A stretch of DNA of 61,487 nucleotides, filler included, from Choristocarpus tenellus KU-1152 (Eukaryota; Protista; Phaeophyceae): assembly GCA_964200185.2 (NCBI GenBank). It is 11 parts of 11 records of this genome, joined end to end, with 100 filler letters (N's around TTAATTAATTAA, not from the genome) between each part and the next. Parts side by side here need not be neighbours in the genome. Positions count along the whole stretch, not along the records: positions 36,821 to 55,158 come from CAXNAD020000563.1; positions 55,259 to 58,442 come from CAXNAD020021705.1; positions 58,543 to 61,487 come from CAXNAD020023465.1; 8 more parts are not named here. One strand, written 5' to 3'. A model generated the notes under the pieces. That model did no database searches, was not told the DNA's origin, and saw only the letters and a program-made list of their open reading frames with translations. Positions 50,150-61,487 of the stretch are shown in pieces; the first letter of the stretch is position 1; each line of letters opens with the position of its first letter. Made by a program: the position numbers and the translations under genes.

Positions 50150-51780
50150 CTATGATTCTGCCCCTGAAGCTCTCCAAAACACTATTCCAACATAATATTT
50201 CGCTGCATCCACTGTGGGCATTTGGGGGGAGTTTGCCTGTCTTCTCAGCCTTTTCCTTCCTCACATGGGGAATTTTGAAGATGTTGTCGCCCTTGGATCC
50301 CAGCACTTCACCATAGACTGTGAAGAGGTTCTAACAGACGAACTTTAATATCTCCTGGGGTTACACATTGAACACCTCCATTGTGGCCTCCACCAACTCC
50401 TCCATGTTGTTGACCCATATGTCTTCCTTCAGTTGCTGTATGGAATGAAAGAGTCCCAGGTCTTTGATGTTGAGGTCAGGTGAGTTGGTTGGCTGGGTCT
50501 CTATGACAATGTCGTCCCCCGGTGCCTCCCAGATTGCCTTCATAATCCCCCCCCTTGGTGTGTGGGTTTGCCCTGTCCTGCTGCACGAAGATGTGTCCTT
50601 CCAGCCTAGGCATGCGGCCTTGATTGCCAGGATGACATCCTCCATCATGAGCATGAGCTTCTTATACCTCTCCCTGTCCACCGTGGCTGGCAGGAAGACC
50701 TTGGTGACCTTGGGACAGTGTTTACTGGAGTGCTGAGTGATCTTAGTGTCCACAATTGAGCAGGTCCCGATTTTCTCATTGAATCACACCCTGTTGGAGA
50801 GCTTCCTTGGGCGGGCCACAGCTCCAAGGAACATCACCTTTGTAATGTAATGCTTATTCTTTGCCTGTGGGGTTTGGGGGCGTCCTCAGTGGGGTGCATG
50901 CACACACCTTGCTCATCTCTGAGGATGTAAAACCACTTCTTGTCCACATGCACCGAGTCACATAGATCATCCACTTTTACCCCATCCCCCCCCCCTCCTA
51001 TGTGCGTTGCTGGTGATGAAACCCACCCTGTTGACTTTCTGCTGGTCTTGAGAGGATTGGCTTAATCCACCACTTGCACAGGTCCCACAACAAGGCAAGG
51101 CAGACCCCAGCTTTGACCGCCCATTTGCAGAAGGATGTGCTGTGTACCGATGGTACATCCAATCATTGAGGATACTTATATATGGCAGTCACATTGGGCC
51201 TTGTGACTTCATACAAGCAAGGTCCATGCATTCACCCTGCGCAATCTAGCTGTCATACTCCTTCAGATGATAAAACACTGTGATCTGGGAGTGAAGCCCT
51301 TTGCAATGGCTGCCGCTGTCCCCCGAGGCATCTGAGTCTTGTGCCCTCTAGCCTCCAGGCATTGCGCCACCACACTATTCTTTGTTGGGGTGTTTGAGTC
51401 TGGACACTGGGCAGACTTCTAGTCAAAATAATTCAGACTGACGGGTGACGACGGGATGAGCAATCTGCTTGAATGACAGGGGGATTTTGTCCTAGGTATC
51501 CCAATAAACCCCTGCTTTGACAGTTTCACGAGGTTTTTGAACCCTGTCAAATGTGACTTGGTTGACTTTGCGCTGGTGATCCTCCACAGACATGACAGCC
51601 CACCATCTCAAACTTTTCACGCCTCCCAACCTATGGAAGAACTCTCACCCACAGTGTTTATCATGTGGGTCGTTCCCAGGTGAGAATTGACTTTGCAAAA
51701 GTAGTATTAGGTTTGTTGGAAAATATGTATTAACCGTGACCGTGTAACAAGAAGTCAATTTGTCTTTTGGCCATAGAAAC
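50150..51780 (-). pseudogene. Second plant-type mariner transposase pseudogene with 5' flank
   Basis: VHVDKKWFYIL, KHYITKVMFLGAVARP, VQQD, QPTNSPDLNIKDLGLFHSIQ and KGDNIFKIPH, with multiple frameshifts. Upstream DNA near 51505-51530 resembles 23175-23198. Confidence 0.88.
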
Positions 51781-52507
51781 GGTTGGGATTTTCATGGAGT
51801 GCAGATCACTTAAATTGTCATGTTCCCAGTTTATGGATTGGTCAAGCTCATTTTGGTCATCCATGATTGGATGCATGTGGTGCCAGAGAAAGAACAAAAT
51901 ATTCTGACCCGTCCCAGTCTAAAGAAAGTGGAATTTATCGTTGTAACCCTAAGTTCTGTATTATTCAAGTATCAAATTCTGATAGTACTTACCTTTCCTA
52001 AACAAAGCAACCTTGGACACACTGATCCTCATCTAAAGAGTCTTGCAAGTGAACGTTTTATATCTAAACATTTAGTCAGGAATCTGCTACAAAATTCACC
52101 TTCTTGGATAGATGCAATGATCCTAGCGACTGTATTTTGTATTCACATTTCTCCAGGTGTGTGTTACTATTATAAAGTATCTATCCATTGCAAGTTGCTC
52201 CATAAATATGCACCACATCATATCGTAAGCATGTCATGAATTAGGAATACTGTTCTGGGAGACAAATGACACAGAGTTGAGACCTTCTCACCAGGGTAGG
52301 GAGTGCCAACATTGTTGAAGTACTGGAAGTCGACTAAGTCATCCCAAAGAAAGAACGGAAATTAACATACATAACAAGCATAACTAAGAGAGTCACACTT
52401 TGGTAAGTAAAGCAGTGCAAGCACAAGATGATAATCACACTCTGCCAGGAGATCTCCCACTCTAGCTATTTCCGGTGTAAAATGTAGCAGTTATGATCAG
52501 AGTGCCT

Positions 52508-53684
52508 TCAGTGCAAGGGAGCTTCCACTCTCTCAACATTTGTTGTCCCCGCCAGCAAGCTCTCAACAGAAGGTGTCTCAACATTGCTCAACTTCAATGC
52601 TGCAGCTAGGAACTCCCCTGCAGCCTGAGTACAGTATTGACCATGATTGCAAAACAAAAAAAGGAAAGAGATTTTGGAATGGAGAAGATGTCAACAAAGT
52701 GTTGCAAATTGGAAGGTTTGACAAGTATAAATATGTCAAAATTGCCTCAAAAACTTTCAATTTAAATGGTCAGAACTAAAATGTATTCAAAGCACACGAA
52801 GTGACCAGGGCTAGCCACCGAGATCTGCCATGCAACACAAAATAAATTTCAAGCAATTGACTGCACGATTCATGATACATTATTACTATTAGGTACAACC
52901 TAAACAATTAACAACTACTTCATATACATAAAAAATCTCACGGTTGACTGTATCTCGTTCACCTTACAAGGTTGGTGATGTGTTGATATCATGCTTGTCT
53001 CTGTTGGAATACAAGTAAATATCCATATCCCTAAATGCTAGTTAATAATGCACACTCATGCCTACATGTACAGGGTAAGGAACACTGCAGAGTGAACTAT
53101 TTATAATGATTCAGTATGATATGAACATTGTGTTCTTCAAAGATATTAAAAGCAGGGTACACGGATGAGGTGGCAAGTCAGCTTTCTGGACAGTTAGAGT
53201 ATAACCAAGGGTCCTTTCCTGTTAGTAACACCCCACATGTGATAGGGATATCCATGAATATTGGGATACATAAGCCTGAAATCGATTTGGCCAGGGGAAT
53301 AATACCTCAAGACAATGTGGTCAGAAGCATCACACACTGCACTACTATGTGTATTTCACTCTTACTGATGACTGTAGCTGTCACGAGCAGACTTTTGACA
53401 CTTTTCATCACTCCAAGGTATACTCAAATTCTGAGTTGAATCTTAGTAAGCATTTCTCAATACATTTACGAAATCCAAATTCTAAAGTGCAAAAAAAATG
53501 GAAGCACCTTATCTAGCCAAGAAGTTCCCCCAATGCCATTAAACCACCCACAATGACCCCCCTGTTCAGTGATAGCCACCACCACATTCCGGCTCTCCAA
53601 TGCGACCTCAATAGCCCTTTCCCATGCCTCAGGAGGACAGAGGGGGTCATCTCGGGCCAAGAGTGCCAGGAGTGGTACTGTCAC
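52508..53684 (-). CDS. Alpha/beta-hydrolase, ABHD1/3 / YheT / EEB1 family, last two exons
   Basis: Exon 53684-53508 reads VPLLALLARDDPLCP...TEQGGHCGWF...SWLDK (catalytic Asp and His motifs). Exon 52624-52508 reads AAGEFLAAAL...LH*. Confidence 0.85.
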
Positions 53685-54614
53685 CTGTAAAAAGTAGTAG
53701 TAAAAAAGAAAGATGTCTCTTGAATGCTGTAAAACGTGAAGATCCAGCTGCGCAGTAGACTTGGAAATATACTATTCAAGCAATATGAAATACAGAGTAT
53801 CGGAGTTGGGAAGTATGAGTGTGTTACATTACTCCCTTGCACTGATAGTCACAAAAGTCTAGTGAGGTTAAGTATGCCAGCCACTGTTATGTTGGTTGAT
53901 AACATACCTTACATAACAGTAAAAAGAAAAAAATATATTGATGGGAGAAATGATCTCATGGAAATGTACAAAATTTGTTTTTAACTATACTATGGGGGTT
54001 TCAAAGCAAGGCATAGCATAGCGTGTTAGGTACAACTGGGCCCTGCCTCTGTTTCAGTTGCAACATATCGTAGAGTGGTGGTGAGGAGGCTCTTGCATGA
54101 AATACAATAGGTCATTTTAACAATATCAATGTGCACCACATCATTCATTCCAATGTCAAATCATTGGTTTGGGGGCAAAGGATAACCCCCAACAGAAACC
54201 AAGCAGAAATGGGCTTCTGTCACACTGTTAGTGATACTGTCGAGATATGGAGACCTTCAAGCATGAGTTTGAATCCTGGCTGGGCTACTTTCCTGACTCT
54301 CCTTTCAAATGGGGGATACAAATAAACTGCAATTGAGTCCTGACTGACCGCACTCAAGGAAAAACAGTAACACTGAGGCAACTACTCGGGGACTACGTGG
54401 AGACTACGGTTCAAGGCTAATGGGATTTAGCCAGGCAGCACCACAGTATCGGTTTTTTTCAATGAGTTGATATGTCACGACACCATTAAGACACTAGTTT
54501 CGTGTGGGACTAGGGCCTCAGTGCTACAGTGGTATCTCAATATGTTACATCAAATATCTCCATCTCACAGGTGTTAAATACATTTGTACAAGTATGTAGT
54601 ACATTGTTTAATTA

Positions 54615-54800
54615 CAATTTACCTACTTTGAAATAAATGTTTTTGGAGTAGGTAAAATGTATACGTTATGAAAAGGTGTGTCTGGAAAAAGGATATTGAC
54701 ACTTCCTAACAAACACGATACCCAAAATTACATCAAATACGCAACATTGGATTTTGACTCCCAAATGGACGCAGCTCTACCCTCTAAGATACTTTGACTC
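54615..54800. mobile_element. MITE family A, right two-thirds
   Basis: Family A interior ending CCCTCTAAGATACTTTGACTC. Confidence 0.9.
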
Positions 54801-55619
54801 TCCAGGATTATCAGTACATGGGGTAGTTTTTTCGTGAAAATCAACGACACTTTCATCTCAGGAAGAGGTGATGCCCAACAAAAAGACCTCTAGTTCTTCC
54901 CCATTCCATCCCCACCCAGCCGATCTCTCTGACACCCCATCACTCGTAATACAACCCCAGAAGTGGTACCATCACCTGGCCAGATCTACCAAGAAATAAA
55001 AAAGTGTCAGGGTTTATCATATTCCCACTCTCACACAAGAGGATCATCCAGCCCCATCTCACCCTACTGGACCCCATTCCATCATATCAAACCCAAACAG
55101 ACCAAAGCCTTGCCACAATACAAAAAAGTCTGTATGGGGTGTAAGGGCTGTTGCAGGGNNNNNNNNNNNNNNNNNNNNNNNNNNNNNNNNNNNNNNNNNN
55201 NNTTAATTAATTAANNNNNNNNNNNNNNNNNNNNNNNNNNNNNNNNNNNNNNNNNNNNATTAATTAGTCGCTTCGACGATTGATTTCCCAGCTCACCATG
55301 ATTAATCAGTTGCATCGACGATTGATTTTCTAGCTAACCCTAACCCTAATTACTACAAAACCGATATTGTACCACATCAATTCTGTGCCGCGTTTTTAGG
55401 GCATGCCCATGGGTGCACAAAATCGGGGTAGGTTGGTACTGTACAACGTACAAACAAATAGGTGCCAAATATGAGAACCCTTTCATTTACAATAAAAATA
55501 AACAGAAAACTCTGGTGTTTGGGAGAGAAAATTCAACTAAATTTTAAAGGTGATCTACCTTTGAAAGTACAACCAACAAATAATGACAACATTACAACAA
55601 TTAATTGTAGTTTTTGTTG

Positions 55620-56700
55620 GAGTAACCAACTTATCAATAGAAGAGATTGAATCGGCAACGAAGGCCCTGTCCAAACTGAGCGGGGAACACAGTTTTGTCA
55701 CCAAAAGAGAACAGTCCCCATGAAAATAGTATCTGTCAACATCCTGGCGATACATGCGATCACGTTTACCTTCATCTTGTTTCATGCACGGATCTTCTGG
55801 CGAAGGTAAATGCGAAGTAGCGCATCCACACGAACTATTCGCAGGTTCTCCCAGCTTGGAGGTGACGTTATTACTTCAGTTTGGTGGTGGTGTTGTTATT
55901 AATATGCCCAGTCAGTGCCACACACACGCCCTTCTGTGGTGTTAGGACTCTATGATGCACTTCGCATTGTTGATTCTGCCACTACATTGTCTCTAATCAC
56001 TTTTTCACACACACACCCTTCTGTGGTGTTAGGACTCTATGATGCACTTCGCATTGTTGATTCTGCCACTACATTGTCTCCAATCACCTTTCCAGCATTG
56101 TTTAAGTGCATAAGAATGGCCACCAACTGACAAAAAATAGCAGTGCAGCGGGAATCACGGCTTACAATTTTCCCACCTCTTTCAGACGAAGAAAGTTGTC
56201 CATTCACGCACGTTCTCCAATCCTGGCCATGTTCAGCATGATCACCAGCATCGCAGTAATGCTCATCGTTATGGCACACGAAATATGTGCACAGGTGTGA
56301 ATGGTGATGGGAATGCGTAGGTCTTGTTTTCATGAGGCATATACCTGAATACGTTCATGTTAGCAGGTTAATCCAACCTCCTTGCCCACTCCAAGGAATG
56401 CCTAGTTCATAGGGGGGCTCAATGATTCCACAGAAAATGGCAAATGCCCCGCAACAAAGAAGATGGGAGGACAAAACTCATCCACGCCAGTCTGCTAAAG
56501 TGGAAAACCGCAATCTAACTGTATATTACCCTCATCCGCACGTCGTTTATAAATTCTAGGAGGGCTGGACTTTCCCCTGTGCACTATTTCTCGTGGCCAA
56601 CACTTTGACCTTGGGCTGGTTGCAACAACATACATGCTACGAGCGTTGAGAGTGGTTCTTGTGTTCCACACCAGTGAGCTCTGATTGGGGCATGCCTGAT
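55620..56700 (-). pseudogene. Possible highly decayed hAT-like transposase
   Basis: Ordered remnants FFVAGHLPFSVES, GKL*AVI, HLNNAGKVI, PSWENL and LLVTKLCSPL...FVAD resemble hAT blocks; many stops; boundaries approximate. Confidence 0.4.
55917..56094. repeat. 87-bp tandem duplication
   Basis: CCCTTCTGTGGTGTTAGGACTCTATGATGC... starts at 55929 and 56016. Confidence 0.93.
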
Positions 56701-58213
56701 GAATTTATTTGACCACGAATTCATTGATTTTCAGCAAGATTGTAATACGTTTTCTCTCGGTGGCACTGCTCTCTTCCACAGACTCGGTTTCATTAAATAG
56801 TAGAGTTTCTTCCACGTGTTGATCTTGGTGGACTTGGGTTGCAAAGACTCTAACCATCGTGCTTCACGACTTCATACAAGATTCCATACCCCTTACACGA
56901 AACACAAGTTCTGGGAGGAGTAGATACGTACACCTCAGACAAACAATTGTCAAATTTATTCTTCTAGCATAATATCTGCAACCTAAGTCTGGGACAAGTA
57001 TTGCCAGTCCTAGGGTCAGGACAAGTATGTCCTCCTCTACTGTGCATTTGAGCTGGGGTGATGAATGTGTTAGATGGCTGACTATGGTATATCTTGAAGG
57101 CATAGTGGGCAACAACACAAGTCGAATTTTGTGAATGGTTTGTCCATGAAGAAAACTTCAGTGTAGAAGTCTGGGGTCTTGAGTCTCCTCAACCAATGAA
57201 TGCGCAACATCAGATGAAACAGGTCGGGGAAGGAGACCAAAACTTCTGTCATATGAGACGCAATCAGCACAGAAGTACCTTCAATGACCTACAAAAGATG
57301 TCCAGCTACCAAGAATACCCCATCCTCAGCTCTTCCCATGCTTGGCACCTCCCTGTATCAACATAATCACTGCTGACAGAGAAAACATCCAATCAAATAT
57401 TCCTACCCACCCCCATTCTCATGTTGACTTACTCAAAGGTCAATTTTTGGTGCACGCTCCTGGAAAAAATTTGAGGGTGGCGGCATAAATACTCGGGAAT
57501 ACTGTCCAGGAGGAACTCTATCCTTATGATTTCTATATCGTTCTGCATTTGGGCGTCCATAGGTCTTGCTCTCTATTTCTCCTACCCAGAGGTGTATTGG
57601 TGAGAAGATGAGAACTTCATGGTAACAGGCAATGATGATGGATTTATAACAAAACACTCTCCACTCCTCACCTGGATAGAGGCTCACTACTGAAGTGAGC
57701 TACAAAGTGGTGTGGCTCGTTAATATTGCAGCATGTCAGCATCTCGATGTAGATGCTACCTCCTCACAATACATGGCAATCACGAATGAATGGTGCAGGT
57801 GCTATATTTTTGATAAGAAGTTTACCAGGACTCAGCCAGCAATTCACTATGATGCGCTCGTGTTTTTTTGTAACATAGTTGCAGCATATCGTACAAAACC
57901 TTCCCCATCTACCCACTCCCTTGATAAATAGGGTGCGATATCAGACGGACCACAAGGTGTGCTTCATGTTCTATGAATGGCATGTATATGGGGGAGGATC
58001 TATTCCAGTGCTACTGATGAGTTATAAACTCTGCTACAACCTGTACCAAGTTCAAGATCATATAAAAATGGTATTGGAGATTAAGCACTGTGCTGTGGCA
58101 TGTACAATTGGTGTGGGTGAACTGAACTCGAGGGGGAGGGGAGAGGGAGAGAGAATGTGTCCAGAGTCAGTTGTAAACTACCCATAAAGTTCAAATGTAT
58201 CAACTACAACAAA

Positions 58214-58442
58214 GAGTGAAAGTATCTTAGAGGGTACGAGTTTTTCCCTGTTTGTCCGTTTGGGGCTTAGAGCTGCTCACGTTTTTCTTATGACATTTTA
58301 CCTGCCCCGAAACATTTCAGAGTAAGTAAAATATTTACGTTATGAAAAGGTGTGTCCGGAACAAGGATATTGACATTTCCTAACAAACACAATAGCCAAA
58401 ATTACATCAAAATCACAACATTGGATTTTGGCCCCCAAATGG
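58214..58442. mobile_element. MITE family A, near full length (cut by contig end)
   Basis: GAGTGAAAGTATCTTAGAGGGTACGAG plus family interior. Confidence 0.92.
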
Positions 58443-58542
58443 NNNNNNNNNNNNNNNNNNNNNNNNNNNNNNNNNNNNNNNNNNNNTTAATTAATTAANN
58501 NNNNNNNNNNNNNNNNNNNNNNNNNNNNNNNNNNNNNNNNNN

Positions 58543-58582
58543 CTGGTGTAGACCCGCCCCCCCCTCCCAGATACTTTGGGTC
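58543..58582. mobile_element. MITE family C terminus (reverse) at contig start
   Basis: CTGGTGTAGACCCG(C)n TCCCAGATACTTTGGGTC. Confidence 0.8.
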
Positions 58583-58657
58583 AGATACAAACATATCCTT
58601 AGTCTAGTGTGGCTGCCCTCTTCATAACTTAACGTATCTTCTACTGTTCCATCCCAG

Positions 58658-60912
58658 GTTAACTCCAAAGGACAAATTCTTGGCCCAGAGCACCTGGACG
58701 GCACATCCCATCAGTTTATGACAGTGGCCAGCGATGGCCAGTGCCTCATCTGGGATACTCGCTTCCAGGTGCCACTATATTTTAGAGTAAGAAAAAGACA
58801 CGAGGTATATGGTGAACCCTTTTTGCAGTACAGAGCTAGATATATACTCACTCACCATGTACCTACTGGAAAAGACCGGGTAACATAATGCTTTACGTAT
58901 GCAACCTAGAAAGCGAGTCCCCAGGCTACATCTTGAATGGCAGCAGAGTATTGTGGGTGGAAGTCACAGTGAGGCAAAATTGCCAGAGAACGGAGAAATC
59001 GATGAATCTTGGACTGTCTCCTCTCAAATGAATCTCATCGCACAGATTGAAAATGAAGAACGCCTGTTTGGAAATATATCATCCATCGAGGACAGTAGTT
59101 GTATAGAGTATGTCCGGTTGAAGTATCATCCATATTTTCTTCAGCATTGTTACTGTATAGGCGCACAATTGTATATCATACTCTTCTATTGGTGTGATCA
59201 CCGCCAATCCTCTGAGTGACACAACACCCCTTCACTTCACCTACAATGCCCACATTCCAATGTTGTCCTAAGGAAGTTCTTTTCTGATCGGCACAAGTGC
59301 ATTGTTTTCTCTGCTGACTACCAACATGGTTGGAAGCAGGGAATGTAGTTGATACTTCATGTCACTTTCAAAAATGTTGTTGAAGGATGCCCCGTTTAAG
59401 ACACTGGTTTCCCCCGAAAAATGCCCATACGTTTGATTACCAGCAGGGCCAACAAGAAACGGTTTTACAACAATCATAATCTCCCGCTTTTCGACCACAG
59501 TGTAGTACTCTCAATGCCTGCCATCCTCCTGCTGCACTAAAGAGAGTCCTCGCACCAAAATTGCCCTCTTCCATTCAACTATCATGCAAAGGGAACCCAC
59601 TCTTTCCCGGAACTGATGACTCAACGGACACTTCAAATCATTTTGGTGTCACTTGTGCTGGGTTGTTCTCACTTAGCTTCACCAAACCTCCAATACCCCC
59701 CAACACAAATCTCTTGCACTACAGGGTACCCCTCACCCCTAAAGATCATCGTACAACATCATTGGCACTATGTGTCTTATTGCTTCTCTGCCAAAGATTC
59801 CTGTCACAGTAATGTCCATATATACATATGCATAGACCTGAGTCAAAGTATTTAAGAGGGTAGGAGTTTGCCCTGTTTGTCCATTCAAGGCTTGGCTTCC
59901 CACGGGTTTTTTATGCCCTTTTTCGGTTTTTCTGTGTGAACACTAACCCTAACCCTAAAATGTATACGACAATGAAAGGTGTGTCCGGAGCAAGGATGTT
60001 GACACTTGCTATCAAACACGTTAGCCAAAATTCATCAAAGTCACAATTATCGGATTTATGACCCTGGACGGGCGCGACCCTCTCCTCTTAAATGCTTTGG
60101 GTCATCTGAGTATACAGGAAAAGCAGACAGGAACCCCCCTCCATCTATTGCTCCTTTTACTGCTGTTACATTTTATATGCAATATGTTGTGTTCTACTCC
60201 CCAATCCCCTTTTGTAAACCTCCACGTTACTGAACGAAATCTTCAGGAGATCAGTGAGGGGCAGCTTCCCCACATAGCAAAGACCAGGCAAACATATGAC
60301 AAAAAGAAGGAGGAGCACAGTAACCCACCCTCTGCACCCTGGACACCTCTCTTTCGAGTGCAGCTCAACAGGCTAGAGGCAAGAGTTGGGCAAGCTCTAA
60401 GGGTTAGGGTTAGGGTTCTTTTAGACCTGATAAACGCTGGAGAGAGACTGTGAACTCGATTTCGCCCAACGACTTTTCGAAATATCCAGCGAGGTGGAAA
60501 TTTGAATTGTGCACATTCTCAACATGTAAGAGACTAGTTCACAGTGTTCCCCACATGAATTTCATCTATTGAACCGTCAATCCGTCAGTTTGGGTGGGAT
60601 CTGTAGCTTGATTCCTCTCTGATATCCGAAACTGCAGACAAAGCTCAGGAGCTTGCTAGCATGTACAAACAGACCAGTACTCCATGCACACAAAATACAC
60701 ACACTCACCATATCCACCAGGTGCACTGTTGCCTCATAATAGTGTCCTTAGCTCCAGTTCTACTCCGCCTCACAATTTCCAGTCGAAAAACCTTCCAGGG
60801 AGTTGGAGAGCTGAGCCTGTGCCAAGTTGTGCTTGACCTTGGTGTAGCCGGGGACTGGCAAGCAGGCGAGGGGACTGAGGACAAGGCATTGGAAGTGGAC
60901 GAGCGCAGTCAA
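58658..60912 (+). CDS. WD40 axonemal dynein intermediate chain, WDR63/DNAI3-like, internal exons
   Basis: Exons 58658-58768 (QFMTVASDGQCLIWDTRF, WD repeat), 60247-60378 (PWTPLFRVQL) and 60799-60912, all phase 0. Orthologue assignment is from recall and has not been verified. Confidence 0.7.
59840..60103. mobile_element. MITE family A, diverged full-length copy with telomere-repeat filler
   Basis: ACCT|GAGTCAAAGTATTTAAGAGGG ... CCTCTTAAATGCTTTGGGTC|ATCT (near-TSD). Confidence 0.85.
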
Positions 60913-61374
60913 GTAAGGCTCTGGTGCACGGAGTAATGCAGAAGTAACAGTTGACTCGGACAACCCTGCTGACAGACCCCAAGCCAAATTTCTGCATGAA
61001 ATCTGAAGCCATCCTTCAATCTGCAGCAACAAATAGTGTGTGTGTGTGCGTGTGTGTGCGTGTGCGTGTGTGTATGTGTATAGGGGGCTGTAGTAGTAAC
61101 TAGCAAGATATCAAGAGCGGTAGGCTTGGAACCTTTTTCTTCCTACCGCTGCAATGAAGATATGGAGGTAGGCAGACACATCGTAACAGAAGGTCAACAA
61201 CAAATACTTACATGTGTAGGCTGTGGTGGCATCGCCTGGCTCAATCGTATTGTTGCTGGAGCACGCCCAAGTATCGAGTCAAAGTAAACGAGCGGTACAC
61301 AGAGTTGCATTTCAAGGATTTTGACAATTGTGCATAAAATTCGACTTAAAAAAAATAAATGTGTACAGGACATT

Positions 61375-61487
61375 GAGTGAAAGTATCTTAGAGGGTATGA
61401 ATTTTTCCTTGTTTGTCCATTTGGGGCTTGGCTTCCCACCGCTTAGACTCAAAGTATCTGGGGGGGGGGGGGGGGGGCTCCCCCGGG
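61375..61487. mobile_element. MITE family A left end followed by a family C terminus (61446 onward)
   Basis: GAGTGAAAGTATCTTAGAGGG...GGCTTCCCAC, then GACTCAAAGTATCT(G)n. Confidence 0.85.

Noticed and set aside
58880-59800. LINE RT remnant in the dynein-chain intron
   Set aside because: Only a weak AWDSLSR-like echo; no YADD or QG motif is visible.
1-61487. Treating the genes as one cluster or operon-like system
   Set aside because: They lie on eleven separately assembled contigs; only neighbours within a contig are linked.

Overview
Eukaryotic, intron-rich, transposon-rich DNA from a photosynthetic, flagellate stramenopile, most plausibly a brown alga or close relative (inferred from an ASAFAP-type plastid presequence, a WDR63-like dynein intermediate chain, TTAGGG repeats and a brown-algal-like RTE LINE). 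The window is not contiguous. Eleven contigs are joined by ten artificial 100-bp spacers (N44-TTAATTAATTAA-N44), so adjacency across spacers has no biological meaning. Hand-spliced genes: a multi-RRM RNA-binding protein, a CDPK, an ankyrin-like protein with one repeat per exon, a GPAT/DHAPAT acyltransferase, a PNPOx-like plus FAD-binding fusion oxidoreductase, an ankyrin protein last exon, a head-to-head pair of probably plastid-targeted proteins (hemerythrin-like and DUF4864-like), an ABHD/YheT-like hydrolase and WDR63/DNAI3. Mobile DNA comprises three related MITE families with GAG/GRN...CTC ends and 4-bp TSDs (Sola2-like; over 20 copies or ends), two plant-type mariner pseudogenes, and copia, gypsy, RTE and hAT-like relics. 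The most interesting observations are the phase-0 exon-cassette ankyrin-like array, telomere-repeat scars inside MITE copies, the nested-hairpin MITE clan, and a hairpin-bearing AT-rich insert flanked by a 29-bp direct repeat. All calls come from reading the sequence; no searches were run.
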